From IMG/VR virus record IMGVR_UViG_3300048590_001227: DNA of 64,000 nt. One strand, written 5' to 3'. Shown one piece after another: positions 1 through 9,864 of the stretch. The translations under genes and the position numbers were made by a program. The notes below the pieces were generated by a model. The model did not search any database. It was not told the origin of the DNA and saw nothing but the letters and a program-made list of their open reading frames with translations. The stretch comes from an uncultured virus (IMG/VR IMGVR_UViG_3300048590_001227) (taxonomy: Duplodnaviria > Heunggongvirae > Uroviricota > Caudoviricetes). The stretch's first letter is position 1. Every line of letters begins with the position of its first letter.

Positions 1-125
1 TCGTTGCTGGGAAGGAGATTGAAATCAACGTCTATCCTATCATCCGGAAATTCTGATTGAGCCAACAGGATATCGCAGAAAAGCGACACTATGATCGCTA
101 TCATGGGAACAGAAAATCTACTCAT
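1..125 (-). CDS. 5' part of a secreted protein paralogous to the adjacent collagen-like protein (runs off window)
   Basis: Manual translation [49 protein letters not shown] upstream; mature N-terminus nearly identical to [20 protein letters not shown] of 145..1623. Not in ORF track. Confidence 0.85.
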   Translation of the reverse strand, partial: MSRFSVPMIAIIVSLFCDILLAQSEFPDDRIDVDFNLLPSN

Positions 126-144
126 CTATGATCCTTGATTCAAA

Positions 145-1623
145 TTAGTTGTTTACTTTGAGCATCTGGGTTCCGACACTTGTGCAAGTCAACCACACGC
201 GCACAGCAACGTTGAAGCAACCCTGTGCATCCTTGGTTGCCATTTCACACTGCCAGCCGTTTGTTGAAATTGGTTCAGAAGCGATCAGATTTGCGCTTCC
301 CACAGAATCAGTCGTCCAGCGATGTTCGCAACTTCCTGCGATCACATTTGGGTGGGATGCTGGGCATTGACCCCAGTATTTCGTGAGGTAGCTTCCGCCT
401 TGGCTGCGACATTCCCAGTCAGGGCGAATAGTTTCGCTGGTCGTGACGACAAGCAAAGTTTGCGACTTGAGCCCATCGAGGCATCGGGGATAAATCGAAG
501 CACCTGCTACGCAACCTTCTCCGGATGGACCGGTTGCACCCGCATCGCCCTTCAGCCCTTGAATACCTTGGATTCCCTGATCACCTTTATCGCCTTTTCC
601 TCCAGATGAGCCTTGGACGCCCTGGATGCCCTGATCACCTTTTTCGCCCTTTGGTCCCTGTGGACCGGGGACACCGGTATCGCCCTTGTCGCCCTTTGAA
701 CCTTGAATCCCCGGAATCCCTTGGTCGCCCTTCTCGCCCTTGGCCCCTTGGGTACCTTGATCACCCTTGTCACCTTTCGACCCCTGAACGCCCTGAATCC
801 CTTGGATGCCCTGATCGCCTTTGTCTCCTTTAGGGCCTCTAAGAGTTTCCAAAGCGATCTGGTATTCGCCGCACAGAATTTTTCCCCCATCGATTTTGCA
901 GCCCGCACCGGGATCTCCCTTATCGCCTTTGGGACCTTTCGCGCCTGAGAAACCTTGAGGCCCTCTAAGGGACTCAATGGTTATTTGAGTTGCACCGCAG
1001 ACTAAATTTCCGTCAGCGATCCGGCACCCATCACCCGTATCACCCTTGACTCCCTGTGGCCCAGATGGCCCGGTGTTGCCAATATCTCCTTTCGGGCCCT
1101 GGATTCCCTGCGGCCCGCGTGAACCTGCTGGGCCTTGCGCCCCCTGATCTCCCGTGTCACCTTTGGGGCCACGCAGGGATTCCAGGGAAATTTTGTAATC
1201 TCCGCAAACGATATAGTCGTCAGCGACTTTGCAGCCCGTGCCTTGGTCACCCTTCGGGCCCTGAACACCTTGCGGACCCCTTAGATTCTCGTTGCTGCCG
1301 AGCCATATCCCATTGTCACTGATGATCGGTTTTCCGCCGACGTACAAGCTTTGGACGTTTGTCTTGCCCTTGATGCTGGTGTTGCCGGAATCCACGTTCA
1401 GAACAATGGCAGGTGGGCAATCATCGGGTGTATCGCAGCGTCGAACACCTTTCGGTTTGCGGCGGATAACAATCGAACGGCCACCCGTTTCATTCACGAA
1501 TTCGTTTGAAGGGAATAGATTGAAGTCAACATCAATCCTATCGTCTGGGAATTCGGACTGTGCATAAGCAGTTCCGAACCCCGACCCAAACAGCAATGCA
1601 ATCAGCAATAACTTTCTACTCAT
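145..1623 (-). CDS. Secreted collagen-like (Gly-X-Y) fibre protein with Cys-knot spacers and Cys-rich C-terminal head
   Basis: Sec-type signal peptide (…GTAYA|QSEF); long GPQG/GDKG triplet runs; three GC-x8-CG…xLExLRGP spacers; ATG overlaps the end of the gpD-like gene. Confidence 0.85.
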   Translation of the reverse strand: MSRKLLLIALLFGSGFGTAYAQSEFPDDRIDVDFNLFPSNEFVNETGGRSIVIRRKPKGVRRCDTPDDCPPAIVLNVDSGNTSIKGKTNVQSLYVGGKPIISDNGIWLGSNENLRGPQGVQGPKGDQGTGCKVADDYIVCGDYKISLESLRGPKGDTGDQGAQGPAGSRGPQGIQGPKGDIGNTGPSGPQGVKGDTGDGCRIADGNLVCGATQITIESLRGPQGFSGAKGPKGDKGDPGAGCKIDGGKILCGEYQIALETLRGPKGDKGDQGIQGIQGVQGSKGDKGDQGTQGAKGEKGDQGIPGIQGSKGDKGDTGVPGPQGPKGEKGDQGIQGVQGSSGGKGDKGDQGIQGIQGLKGDAGATGPSGEGCVAGASIYPRCLDGLKSQTLLVVTTSETIRPDWECRSQGGSYLTKYWGQCPASHPNVIAGSCEHRWTTDSVGSANLIASEPISTNGWQCEMATKDAQGCFNVAVRVWLTCTSVGTQMLKVNN

Positions 1624-2575
1624 CAATTTTCCTTTCGCACGTTACTTTGTCGATAAATCCTGATCCGTTTTGAGCGTATTCGACCTCTGATACGATCCAG
1701 ATTCCATCGACTTCTGCTCGAAATCCTGAGATATCCAGCTCTCGTTCAGCATAGATTTCGAGCGTTCCTGGCACTTCAAAGCTCAGGGTCGATGACCGTC
1801 TTTTGATCTCCCTGAACTTTGCGTTCGCCGCCTCCCTTGCAGTAGATTCATCTTTCAAGCAGTATCGAAGATCATGAAGGCTCCCTTCTTTTCCAATGAC
1901 GATGCTTTTCCGTCGTGTGTGTCTTGAATTCCAATAGTGCGCGCGAACGCCTGTGTATTTGCTCGCGGTGTCCGTTTTGAATGCGATGTTTCTGGCTTCG
2001 GTAATCTTGTAAGGCTCGATTTTCTTTCCGGATGCTGATTCACCCCGCCCACGTCGGAGGAAGCCAAGCTTCTTCATTTGAATCTTAAAGATCGCGTCAT
2101 GTCGTTTGGCGAGACGTGTGAGGAATGCCATATCGCTTTCAGTTTGGTCTTCATGTGAAATCGTGATCGAAGCGAAAGCTTTCGACACGGATGGTTCAAG
2201 CCCGTGTTCCTTTGCGATAGCGTCTACGATGGCCTTGAGACTGCGGGATTTCCAGGACCGCTCACGCTGATTCATGAGCGCACCGTATTGATCAGCTGCG
2301 CTGCCCTCAATTGACAATTCCGCTGGGTCAATCTTCAGCGAGACAGGCTTGATAGCAAAACTGCCGACCTGAACGAGCCGGTCTTCATAGCCAAGGGCAA
2401 CGTGTAGGATTATTCCAGGCTTCGGCAATGCAATGGGTGGCTTGTCCCTCAGCACGATCTGTAGGCTGTCATCGGCAACCCCCGCGCGGTCTTTCACGGT
2501 GATGCCGATGAGTCGCTTGGCGATTTCTGAAGTCAAATCTCGATCGTCCGTCCATACTCGGAATGCTGGCTTCAT
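1616..2575 (-). CDS. Phage late control / baseplate hub protein (P2 gpD-like)
   Basis: Motifs DRAGVADDSLQIVL and DQTESDMAFLTRLAKRHDA; position after gpU/gpX. Confidence 0.9.
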   Translation of the reverse strand: MKPAFRVWTDDRDLTSEIAKRLIGITVKDRAGVADDSLQIVLRDKPPIALPKPGIILHVALGYEDRLVQVGSFAIKPVSLKIDPAELSIEGSAADQYGALMNQRERSWKSRSLKAIVDAIAKEHGLEPSVSKAFASITISHEDQTESDMAFLTRLAKRHDAIFKIQMKKLGFLRRGRGESASGKKIEPYKITEARNIAFKTDTASKYTGVRAHYWNSRHTRRKSIVIGKEGSLHDLRYCLKDESTAREAANAKFREIKRRSSTLSFEVPGTLEIYAERELDISGFRAEVDGIWIVSEVEYAQNGSGFIDKVTCERKIDE

Positions 2576-2805
2576 CAGTCGAAAATCCTATTCACGCGGT
2601 CAATGGAAACAGGTTGTTGGATATCCGGCAACGAAATCGATACACGTTGATCGAGCTGGGACACGCGACCCAGGTTGTCAAACAAGTGCAGAACCGAATG
2701 ATTGGCACGCATAACAAGCTCGACTACGCCTTCCGTGAAGCCGTAGTGATCGAAGCAAATTCGATCGAGTTCATCACCTTCCTGGAGCTCATGTGAGGTT
2801 GCCAT
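2575..2805 (-). CDS. Tail protein X (P2 gpX, LysM-like)
   Basis: EGDELDRICFDHYG…VELVMRAN motif; size and synteny. Confidence 0.85.
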   Translation of the reverse strand: MATSHELQEGDELDRICFDHYGFTEGVVELVMRANHSVLHLFDNLGRVSQLDQRVSISLPDIQQPVSIDRVNRIFD

Positions 2806-3211
2806 ACTGCTCCAAATCGAGAGTGAACTCGATCAACTGAGGGACCCCGTTGTCGAGGAAAAGGGTTCTAGTTTCTTTGATGCTCTTGATAACCCACCAG
2901 CCCATGTTCTGACCGATTTTGCTGTCAGTCATGATCAGAAGATATGGCTTGCCGGCCTTCGCCATCTCTCTAAGCTTTGCTATTTGCCCGAGTCCTCCGC
3001 GATGATGCGGATAGATCTTCCCCGACAGTGTTAACTTTTCGGAATCCGGTCCCAGAAACTGCTTGGCTGGTAGTTGCCCAAAAAGCTCGATCGTGACCCA
3101 TCGGTAGCTGGATTCTCGATCGATTTTTCCGAAAGTCGCGGTATTGGGTTCGAATACAAAGTCATCTAGTTTTGCGAGAAGACTTTTGCGCAATAGGGGA
3201 AGACTGATCAT
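2789..3211 (-). CDS. Tail protein U (P2 gpU-like)
   Basis: QFLGPDSEKLTLSGKIYP and LREMAKAGKPYLL motifs; follows tape measure. Confidence 0.9.
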   Translation of the reverse strand: MISLPLLRKSLLAKLDDFVFEPNTATFGKIDRESSYRWVTIELFGQLPAKQFLGPDSEKLTLSGKIYPHHRGGLGQIAKLREMAKAGKPYLLIMTDSKIGQNMGWWVIKSIKETRTLFLDNGVPQLIEFTLDLEQYGNLT

Positions 3212-6200
3212 GTGCCGACCGGATCGAAAAGGTTGAAATTTGTCGAGTTGAAGCCACTGCGGACCTCTTCTTTCAAGCGCTTGGCGGTTTGCTGTGGCGC
3301 TGATTCACCCCCTTCGATCTTGATTTCTATATTTTGATGAAGCGTATAGTTAGATGCAGGCTTCGATCTTTGATGGTCTGTGGCAGCCTGAGAAGGTGGC
3401 AATGGCGGCGTTGGTATCTTGAACTCCGAGAAGTCGAGTCCCCCCTTGGACTTTGGCTGACCCGCCAGCGATCCACGCCCGAACGTGGCGAATGCTGATT
3501 CCATATCGAGAGTCGATATCGCGCCTAAACTCTGACCCAGCGCATTCTGAGAATTGGCTGCAGATGGAGAAGGCATCTGCTGATCAGCAGGGCTTCGGCT
3601 TATTGGGTGAGCAGCCTTTTCCGGCTGTACCCACGTATCAAGATTCAGACTGGACTCAGGAAACCGGAGGACTTTGCCGTGGTGCTCGCCCTGGGCATTT
3701 GTACGATCAAAATTAAAATCTCCCTTGGCGGATTTTTGTTTGTTCTGGGACGTTTTCTTAGATATGAATTTTCCAAAATCATCCGACTCCCATTCGACCT
3801 TCTGTCCGATAGTTGGTACCTGAAGGACTGGGGTGGTAGCAGCTTCTCCACCAAAAAATTCCACAATTGAATTCACGATTGGTTTGATTGAATCCCAGAG
3901 AGAAATGAAAAAGGCTTCTACCTCTTCCCAATTCTTGATGACGGCATATGCTCCGAGTGCTAAGGCGGCGATACCCATGATGATCAGACCAACGGGATTC
4001 ATTGTTGCAACCGCGTTCCAGGCGGCCTGCGCCTTTGTCACCAGATCAATTGCGCCAGCGCCGAGCCAGAGAGCCGATTTGTAGCCCAGGATTGCCGCTT
4101 TGTTTGCCAGGATCGCGACAGCAGCGAAGCCGACAACTTTCACCAACGTCTCGTGGTTCTGCGAAAATGCCGAGATTTGAAGGAGGACTGGTGATAGTGC
4201 TTCCATCATCGATGCGAGTGCAGGAAGGAATACGGAACCGACTGAAATGGCAACCGCCTCGACACCCGATTCCAAGGTTTTCCATTGCCCGATGGTCGTG
4301 CGATTCAATTTCTCGGATATTTCCGACGCAGAGTTGGTCTTGGCCAAGCCGTCAGCAAGATTGGAGAAACCCGCCTTTCCCTTCGCAGCTTCGAGCGCCA
4401 GATCGTGTATGCCGTATCGGGTTTTCGAGAAAAGTATGTTGATATGGGCAAGTCTCTGGGGTTCTGGCAATGATGCGAGAGCGCTTTCGATTTCCTTGGT
4501 GAGCTCATCGTATGACTTTGATTGCTTGTCGGAGCCCACAGTCGAAATTTTGAGAGCTTTCAGAGACGCTTGTGCTTGCTTCGTCTGAGTCTGAAGCTCG
4601 GTCTTGTCAATTTTTGGGGTGAATTTGAAGATTTCGCCAAATCGCTTTTCAAACTCCGAGCCTTTGAGGCCGTCGAAGACTTTGAAGAGTTCTTTAATCT
4701 GCGCGCCTTTCTCCATTCCTGAGGTGATCGAAACTCCGAATTTGTCGCTCAGGCCCTTTAGGTCATTGGTTGTAAGATCATCTTGAATTTTCTTGACCGC
4801 CGATCGGAAAGCAGGTGCCAGTTCCAGTTTTTGGATCTCGAATTCAAGGGAGCCGGAACCCGCCTTCTTTATCAGTTCAGTAGCACCGGCTGCGGCTTCT
4901 TCACCAAAAATTTTCTTGATGATTTCTGCTTTCTCAGCAGATCCCAAATGGGTCATCGCCTTGTCGATTTCTTTCAAAATCTCAGGCATGGGACGCAAAT
5001 TTTTGTTTGCATCCATGGTCTTTATTTTCAATCGTTCTAACGCGTCTTCCGCACCAGCGGGCGGAGCCGACAAGCGGTTATACATAGCTCTTAGCGCTGT
5101 CCCCGCCATGCTTCCCTGCAAGCCCACGTTGCCGAGTAAGCCAGCTTCTGCGGACACCTCTTCAATCGATGCACCCAGCGCGCTGGCGATGGGAGCGACG
5201 TATTTCATAGTCTCGGCAAGCTGCCGGAGGTCTGTGTTGCTGGAAATGAATGTCGCTGTCATCGTGTCGGCAACACGAATTGTTTCTGTTGCGTCCAAGT
5301 TGAATCCCGCCAGCATATTGCTGGCCATTTCCGCTGTTTCTGCTAGATCGGTTTCGCCGGCAGCTGCGAGGTTCAATACACCTTCGAGTGAATCGAGAAT
5401 TTCCTGAACTTGAAAGCCAGCCTGGGCAAGGTAAGACTCCGCAGACGCAGCCTGTGACGAAGAGAAGATCGTCTTGTCTCCAAGCGCACGGGCCGCCACC
5501 TCAAGTTTTTTCATTTCATCTGCATTGGCCATGGTTTGTGCGCCCACTTTGGCCATGCTGTGCTCGAATTCGGCAGCTATGGTGATGGGCTTGCTAAGCG
5601 CGTAACCGAAGGCAGCAACTTCAAGACCGGTCGCAGCAATCTCGCCGCGTAGCTCTTTCTGCCTCTCCTTCCACTTGTTGGATCGTGATTGAGTCTCAAA
5701 ATTCCGACTGACGTTGCTGAGCTCTTTAGCGAGCTTTTTGTGCTCACCGGTAAGGTCAGCGACGTTCCTCCCGTCCTTCGCCAAAGCTGTTTCATGGGCC
5801 TTGATGGCACTGGTATTGCTGTTGAACGCAGCTTTCGCAACATCGAGGGTGCCTTGCGCTTCTTTGAGCCTCTGCTTATGATGCTCAATCGAATCATCAT
5901 TCTGTCTCAGGGCCTTTTCGTTCGCTTTTGTTTCGCGGGTATGATCCTGGAGCGCTTTGCGAGCATCGTCGTATCCCGACTTCTGTCGCTTGACCTCCTT
6001 CCAAGCTTGTTGGATAGCCCTATTCTGCTCCTTGGTCGCAGAACCAGTGGCTATTACCTGATCTTCCAGCGCTTTGTGAGCATTCTTCGCATCCTGATAC
6101 GCCTTGTTTTGCTTCGCGACTTCTCGGGTAAGCTGGCTACCCTTATCAGCAGCATCCTTCTGTTTGGCCTTTGCGGCGTCCAATGCATCTTGATACTGCT

Positions 6201-6414
6201 TGACTGAGTTTTCGGCAGTTTCCATCGCCTTGGATAGGGTCTGGGTTTCCGAACGCAGATCTTCAAGGCCCTTCATCGATGCTGATTGGCTGTTGAGGCG
6301 CTTCATCCGATCGGCGAGCGCTCCGATCCTTTCATCAGCGGTCGCAAAGGCCGAATCAAACGATTTTTCGAATTGACCGGCGATTGCTATGCTGATGTTT
6401 TTTACGGAACTCAT
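3208..6414 (-). CDS. Tail tape measure protein (TP901-type core)
   Basis: ~1070 aa helical protein; LAETMKYVAPIA…GLQGSMAGTALR motif; ATG at 6414 overlaps the stop of the frameshifted chaperone. Confidence 0.95.
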   Translation of the reverse strand: MSSVKNISIAIAGQFEKSFDSAFATADERIGALADRMKRLNSQSASMKGLEDLRSETQTLSKAMETAENSVKQYQDALDAAKAKQKDAADKGSQLTREVAKQNKAYQDAKNAHKALEDQVIATGSATKEQNRAIQQAWKEVKRQKSGYDDARKALQDHTRETKANEKALRQNDDSIEHHKQRLKEAQGTLDVAKAAFNSNTSAIKAHETALAKDGRNVADLTGEHKKLAKELSNVSRNFETQSRSNKWKERQKELRGEIAATGLEVAAFGYALSKPITIAAEFEHSMAKVGAQTMANADEMKKLEVAARALGDKTIFSSSQAASAESYLAQAGFQVQEILDSLEGVLNLAAAGETDLAETAEMASNMLAGFNLDATETIRVADTMTATFISSNTDLRQLAETMKYVAPIASALGASIEEVSAEAGLLGNVGLQGSMAGTALRAMYNRLSAPPAGAEDALERLKIKTMDANKNLRPMPEILKEIDKAMTHLGSAEKAEIIKKIFGEEAAAGATELIKKAGSGSLEFEIQKLELAPAFRSAVKKIQDDLTTNDLKGLSDKFGVSITSGMEKGAQIKELFKVFDGLKGSEFEKRFGEIFKFTPKIDKTELQTQTKQAQASLKALKISTVGSDKQSKSYDELTKEIESALASLPEPQRLAHINILFSKTRYGIHDLALEAAKGKAGFSNLADGLAKTNSASEISEKLNRTTIGQWKTLESGVEAVAISVGSVFLPALASMMEALSPVLLQISAFSQNHETLVKVVGFAAVAILANKAAILGYKSALWLGAGAIDLVTKAQAAWNAVATMNPVGLIIMGIAALALGAYAVIKNWEEVEAFFISLWDSIKPIVNSIVEFFGGEAATTPVLQVPTIGQKVEWESDDFGKFISKKTSQNKQKSAKGDFNFDRTNAQGEHHGKVLRFPESSLNLDTWVQPEKAAHPISRSPADQQMPSPSAANSQNALGQSLGAISTLDMESAFATFGRGSLAGQPKSKGGLDFSEFKIPTPPLPPSQAATDHQRSKPASNYTLHQNIEIKIEGGESAPQQTAKRLKEEVRSGFNSTNFNLFDPVGT

Positions 6415-6612
6415 TCGATATTCGTCCAAATTTCGCGCGCAGTTGGTTGAATGTCTGAATCACCTGTCTCTTCCGACAGTGATTCCAGCCAGAATCTGTA
6501 TTCTCGGATGGTCATTTTCAGGACTTCTGGAGCACGGAAGCCGTATTCCCGATGCAGAACTCGAATCCCGCGAGCTAGCTTCAGCCTTTCGGCTGACGGG
6601 AGACTTTTTTTT
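6411..6612 (-). CDS. -1 frameshift extension of tail assembly chaperone (gpE+E'/G-T type)
   Basis: A8 run at 6605-6612; the -1 frame reads SLPSAERLKLARGIRVLHREYGFRAPEVLKMTIREYRFWLESL…WTNIE* and ends in ATGA overlapping the tape measure start. Confidence 0.8.
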
Positions 6613-6877
6613 GGCTCTGTTGAGGTTCGTCCGGAAAAAGCTTCGAGATCATCTTCGAGATTTTTGCAAAGTCTGTTTGTTTGACTTTTTTGAATGCCTC
6701 AATCGGCATGTCGCAAATCATTGCGCATAATCGGATGCCCAGTCGCTCTTTGGTGTACTGATCCCGATGTTCAAAATAGAAATCCTGGTGGCCAACCTCC
6801 AACTCGTCAGGAATTTCGACTTTGCTGTACGTCGTGCCATCGAATACAATAGGTTTTGAAAAGGTGAAAGTTGCCAT
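6581..6877 (-). CDS. Tail assembly chaperone (P2 gpE / Mu gp41-like)
   Basis: 98 aa ORF between tube and tape measure genes with a slippery site near its 3' end. Confidence 0.8.
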   Translation of the reverse strand: MATFTFSKPIVFDGTTYSKVEIPDELEVGHQDFYFEHRDQYTKERLGIRLCAMICDMPIEAFKKVKQTDFAKISKMISKLFPDEPQQSQKKVSRQPKG

Positions 6878-6884
6878 TTCTTCC

Positions 6885-7397
6885 TCAAATCATGAGCGTA
6901 TTGCGGTATTCTTCGGCGAAGTCGAATGCACCGAAGATGCAAATGTTATTTTCAATATCAATGTTGAAGATGGGGATCTTGTTCACTGTCAGGCTGTACC
7001 TTTGGAGGGCAAGCTCCAGGGTGAACGAACCGGACTTGTAGTCCGCGTTCTTATAGTTGATACCAGGGCCATTCATGGCGATGCCCTGTAGCACAACAAG
7101 AACTTGCTCCGGAGAACTGCCTTGAGCCTGGATTGCAGCAGTCGCGATCACTGTGGCAACTCTTCCCCGAGTCAGGCCGAACGACAGAAAAATATCGTCC
7201 GGACAATCGTTGATCTTGATCTTTGCTTCCATCTTCTCAAGAGCACACAGAGCAACCGGCAGCGTGCCTATGTATCCAGCGGTCTGACCGCCCTCTATGA
7301 ATTTGGGGTCGGGTATTTCGATTTCTTCTGCCCGGGTTCGATAATCCAGGCCATTGATCTGGGTGGAGAATCCACGAAAAACGCGCGTCTTAGCCAT
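6885..7397 (-). CDS. Contractile tail tube protein (P2 FII-like)
   Basis: 170 aa; LEKMEAKIKI and FNIDIENNICIFG motifs; follows sheath. Confidence 0.85.
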   Translation of the reverse strand: MAKTRVFRGFSTQINGLDYRTRAEEIEIPDPKFIEGGQTAGYIGTLPVALCALEKMEAKIKINDCPDDIFLSFGLTRGRVATVIATAAIQAQGSSPEQVLVVLQGIAMNGPGINYKNADYKSGSFTLELALQRYSLTVNKIPIFNIDIENNICIFGAFDFAEEYRNTLMI

Positions 7398-7405
7398 TGC
7401 ATTCC

Positions 7406-8152
7406 TCAGACAATATTCGACAAGTATTTGTCAGTTACGATTTCTTCAAAGGTCAGTCGCTCAGCGACAGGGGTAGGTGTGAACGCGTAGTAAAAGTGCG
7501 CGCTACCATTGAACAGCTCAGAGGGCGGGTTCTTCTCTTCGAGCGCGTAGCACTCCCCGCCAGCGATTGCACCCTCGCTCTGGAGCAATGCCAAGAAGTT
7601 GTTCACGGATGAGGTGACCGTGACAAAGTATTTCTTGGTGATTCCTTGGGCGACGGCCCATCGATGCGACGAGATCAGCTTTGCTTTGATCGCATTGCGA
7701 ATGCGAAGTTTTTGCAACTGGTTTGTCTTCTGGTCGGTAGGATCACCACTGCCGCGAGCACCCCAAATCCGAAAGCCATCCTGCCTGACGAGCGTTGCCA
7801 CTTGGTATGAGTTGAGGATCTGACCTTCAGATCTTGGATCATCCAAAGCAAATGCGATCGGACGCGAAGGCCCAATGATCCCCCGCACAACTTTGTTACT
7901 TGGGGATTCCCAGAATTTGAGCGTCCCCAGTACGCCGGCAGCGAAGGCACTGAGCGGCACATCGACAATTGCATCACCAACGGTGGCTTTTGCCTTTGGA
8001 TGCAGGATATAGAGATTCGCTGCGCCATTCGCCTTGGCGTAATCCTGCTGCTTGGTTTTGTCTTCGGGCCCGTCCGCCAGAGCAATACCGTTGAGCCTCG
8101 TGGCAACGTCTTTCAGTTTTGTTACGACCGGATCTGCTAATACGTCAGCCAT
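7406..8152 (-). CDS. Tail sheath protein, C-terminal part (P2 FI-like)
   Basis: FWESPSNK, GFRIWGAR and FTPTPVAERLTF sheath motifs; own GAGGA RBS 8 nt upstream. Confidence 0.9.
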   Translation of the reverse strand: MADVLADPVVTKLKDVATRLNGIALADGPEDKTKQQDYAKANGAANLYILHPKAKATVGDAIVDVPLSAFAAGVLGTLKFWESPSNKVVRGIIGPSRPIAFALDDPRSEGQILNSYQVATLVRQDGFRIWGARGSGDPTDQKTNQLQKLRIRNAIKAKLISSHRWAVAQGITKKYFVTVTSSVNNFLALLQSEGAIAGGECYALEEKNPPSELFNGSAHFYYAFTPTPVAERLTFEEIVTDKYLSNIV

Positions 8153-8155
8153 TCT

Positions 8156-8617
8156 TTAAGTCCTCGGAGTTGTGTTAGTTGCGGGTGTGACAGCGGGGGC
8201 CGATGGTGTAGCGGGTACCGTGGGAATCGTCCCTGTATGCCCTGGCGCGCAAATGATTTCCGGCTTGTAACCGGTGGCGGATTCCGCTTCCAGAAACGCG
8301 TCTATCGCGGATTGAATATCGGTCAGAGATTCTGACTTGGATCGCACGATAACGACGATGGGCGAACCCTGGTCAAAGATCGCCTGAGCAGCAGCGAACA
8401 GAGTTCCCCGTTGCCCCGTGCTTCCGGCTGGGAATATTGCCTTGAGGGCTTCTGGACCTTGAAAGAAGACAGTCGGCTTTTCTGCCACCAAGCTAGCGAC
8501 CGCCGATGGAGCCGTACCCGTGAGTCCAATGACCCCTGTCCCCGGAATTCCGATTACCCGCAGCTCTGCGGTATTTTCCACGACCCGTATGCCGTGTATG
8601 TAGTCTGTGTCAGCCAA
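8156..8617 (-). CDS. Tail sheath protein, N-terminal part, ending in a Pro/Ala/Thr-rich tail
   Basis: YIHGIRVVE…VIGLTGTAP…GTLFAAAQAIFDQG…KPEIICAPG, typical of an FI N-terminus; in frame with 7406..8152. Confidence 0.85.
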   Translation of the reverse strand: MADTDYIHGIRVVENTAELRVIGIPGTGVIGLTGTAPSAVASLVAEKPTVFFQGPEALKAIFPAGSTGQRGTLFAAAQAIFDQGSPIVVIVRSKSESLTDIQSAIDAFLEAESATGYKPEIICAPGHTGTIPTVPATPSAPAVTPATNTTPRT

Positions 8618-9038
8618 ATTTCACCTCAAAGTTGGTACCGTTAAATATCCGCTTCAACTGACCGCGACCGGGCGTGGACAGTCTGCTAGCGATCTGAATT
8701 GCTTTGATTTGGATCTGGGTAGGGGTAGTGGTGAGCCCTATTTCGTATTCGGTAGTCGAGAGCCGCACGAAAGTAATCCGATCGAAACCGATCCAGCTCA
8801 GGATGAGTTCAACTGATGCGACTGTTCCGCGATATTTGAGGAAGCGAATGAATTCGCTTTGTTTTGTAGAATCCTCTTTCATGACCTTTTTCAGGTCCAA
8901 TATGTACGGGCCAAGTTCTGTCAGACCCGCTTCAGCCAACAGATGGTCATAGAACTTCGGATTTTCAGCTGTTCTGATCGGCACTACCCTGGAAGGTGTA
9001 TAGGCCGGAAGAAACTTCAGCAGTGAATCGTCAATCAT
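8610..9038 (-). CDS. Baseplate/tail protein I (P2 gpI-like)
   Basis: RGTVASVELILSWIG…LSTPGRGQLKRIFN motif; follows gpJ. Confidence 0.7.
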   Translation of the reverse strand: MIDDSLLKFLPAYTPSRVVPIRTAENPKFYDHLLAEAGLTELGPYILDLKKVMKEDSTKQSEFIRFLKYRGTVASVELILSWIGFDRITFVRLSTTEYEIGLTTTPTQIQIKAIQIASRLSTPGRGQLKRIFNGTNFEVKFG

Positions 9039-9859
9039 GCGACCCCCAGCGTGAATGTGACTCTACCGACAGAGGCATATTCGCTAAGGGCGAGTTTCGC
9101 GTCGTCGAGCGGAGTTTTAAGGGTGAGCGAGACGACACCTTCCTGATCGAGGCGTGCGATGATCCAGGAAGCAGCCGGACCCCAACCAAGCCTTGATTTG
9201 GATCTCCATGCAGCTCGCAGTGCTGTTTCAACTTTGGTGAGGTGATTCTGTCCCAAGCCGGATTCGAGAAAGAACGATGCTGTGATATTGATAGACCGCT
9301 CTACAGCGAGCTGAACATCGAAGTCATCGAGTGCTGGACGAATGTGTTTCTGGGAAAGAAATGTTTTCACCTTCGCGAGTGACGTCGCAGGTGCTACTGC
9401 ACTGCTTGGGTTTGGCTGAAGATAAACAATGACTTTACCGCTTTTTGTCTCGGCATAGACATCGAGGATGGGCCAAACTTCAGGGTCTATAATGCCGTCG
9501 TTTGCCGCGATAAAAGCCAAGCCCTCATACATGGTGAGGGGGCCAGCTGGAGAGATCGCGCTGAGTCTGTTCAGCATCCGTTCTCGGAAGGATAGTAATG
9601 ATTCGCCCTCCAGTCTCTTTCCAGCGAAAAGAAAATCGAGTTCTGCGGAGAGCTTCAAAAGTTGGGCTAGACCTACAGCGTTGATTTTTTCCCTGATGAC
9701 AAGTTCTGTCAGAGATTGCTCTGATAGCACTCGATAAATAGGGTCTGCGGGCCCAGGTCGCTCAAACTCTGGCACAGTTTGCTTGTAGTCAGCGGTGAAA
9801 CGGTCCAGTTTGTCCGAGAGTATTTTCTGGAAATTTAGATCTTCAATTATCTGGGGCAT
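9035..9859 (-). CDS. Baseplate wedge protein J
   Basis: PQIIEDLNFQKIL, SPAGPLTMYE and IRPALD motifs; synteny V-W-J-I. Confidence 0.9.
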   Translation of the reverse strand: MPQIIEDLNFQKILSDKLDRFTADYKQTVPEFERPGPADPIYRVLSEQSLTELVIREKINAVGLAQLLKLSAELDFLFAGKRLEGESLLSFRERMLNRLSAISPAGPLTMYEGLAFIAANDGIIDPEVWPILDVYAETKSGKVIVYLQPNPSSAVAPATSLAKVKTFLSQKHIRPALDDFDVQLAVERSINITASFFLESGLGQNHLTKVETALRAAWRSKSRLGWGPAASWIIARLDQEGVVSLTLKTPLDDAKLALSEYASVGRVTFTLGVA

Positions 9860-9864
9860 TGAGT

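Noticed and set aside
520..1280. Repeat array or CRISPR-like periodicity
   Set aside because: The periodicity is the Gly-X-Y codon pattern of the collagen-like gene; there are no identical repeats with unique spacers.
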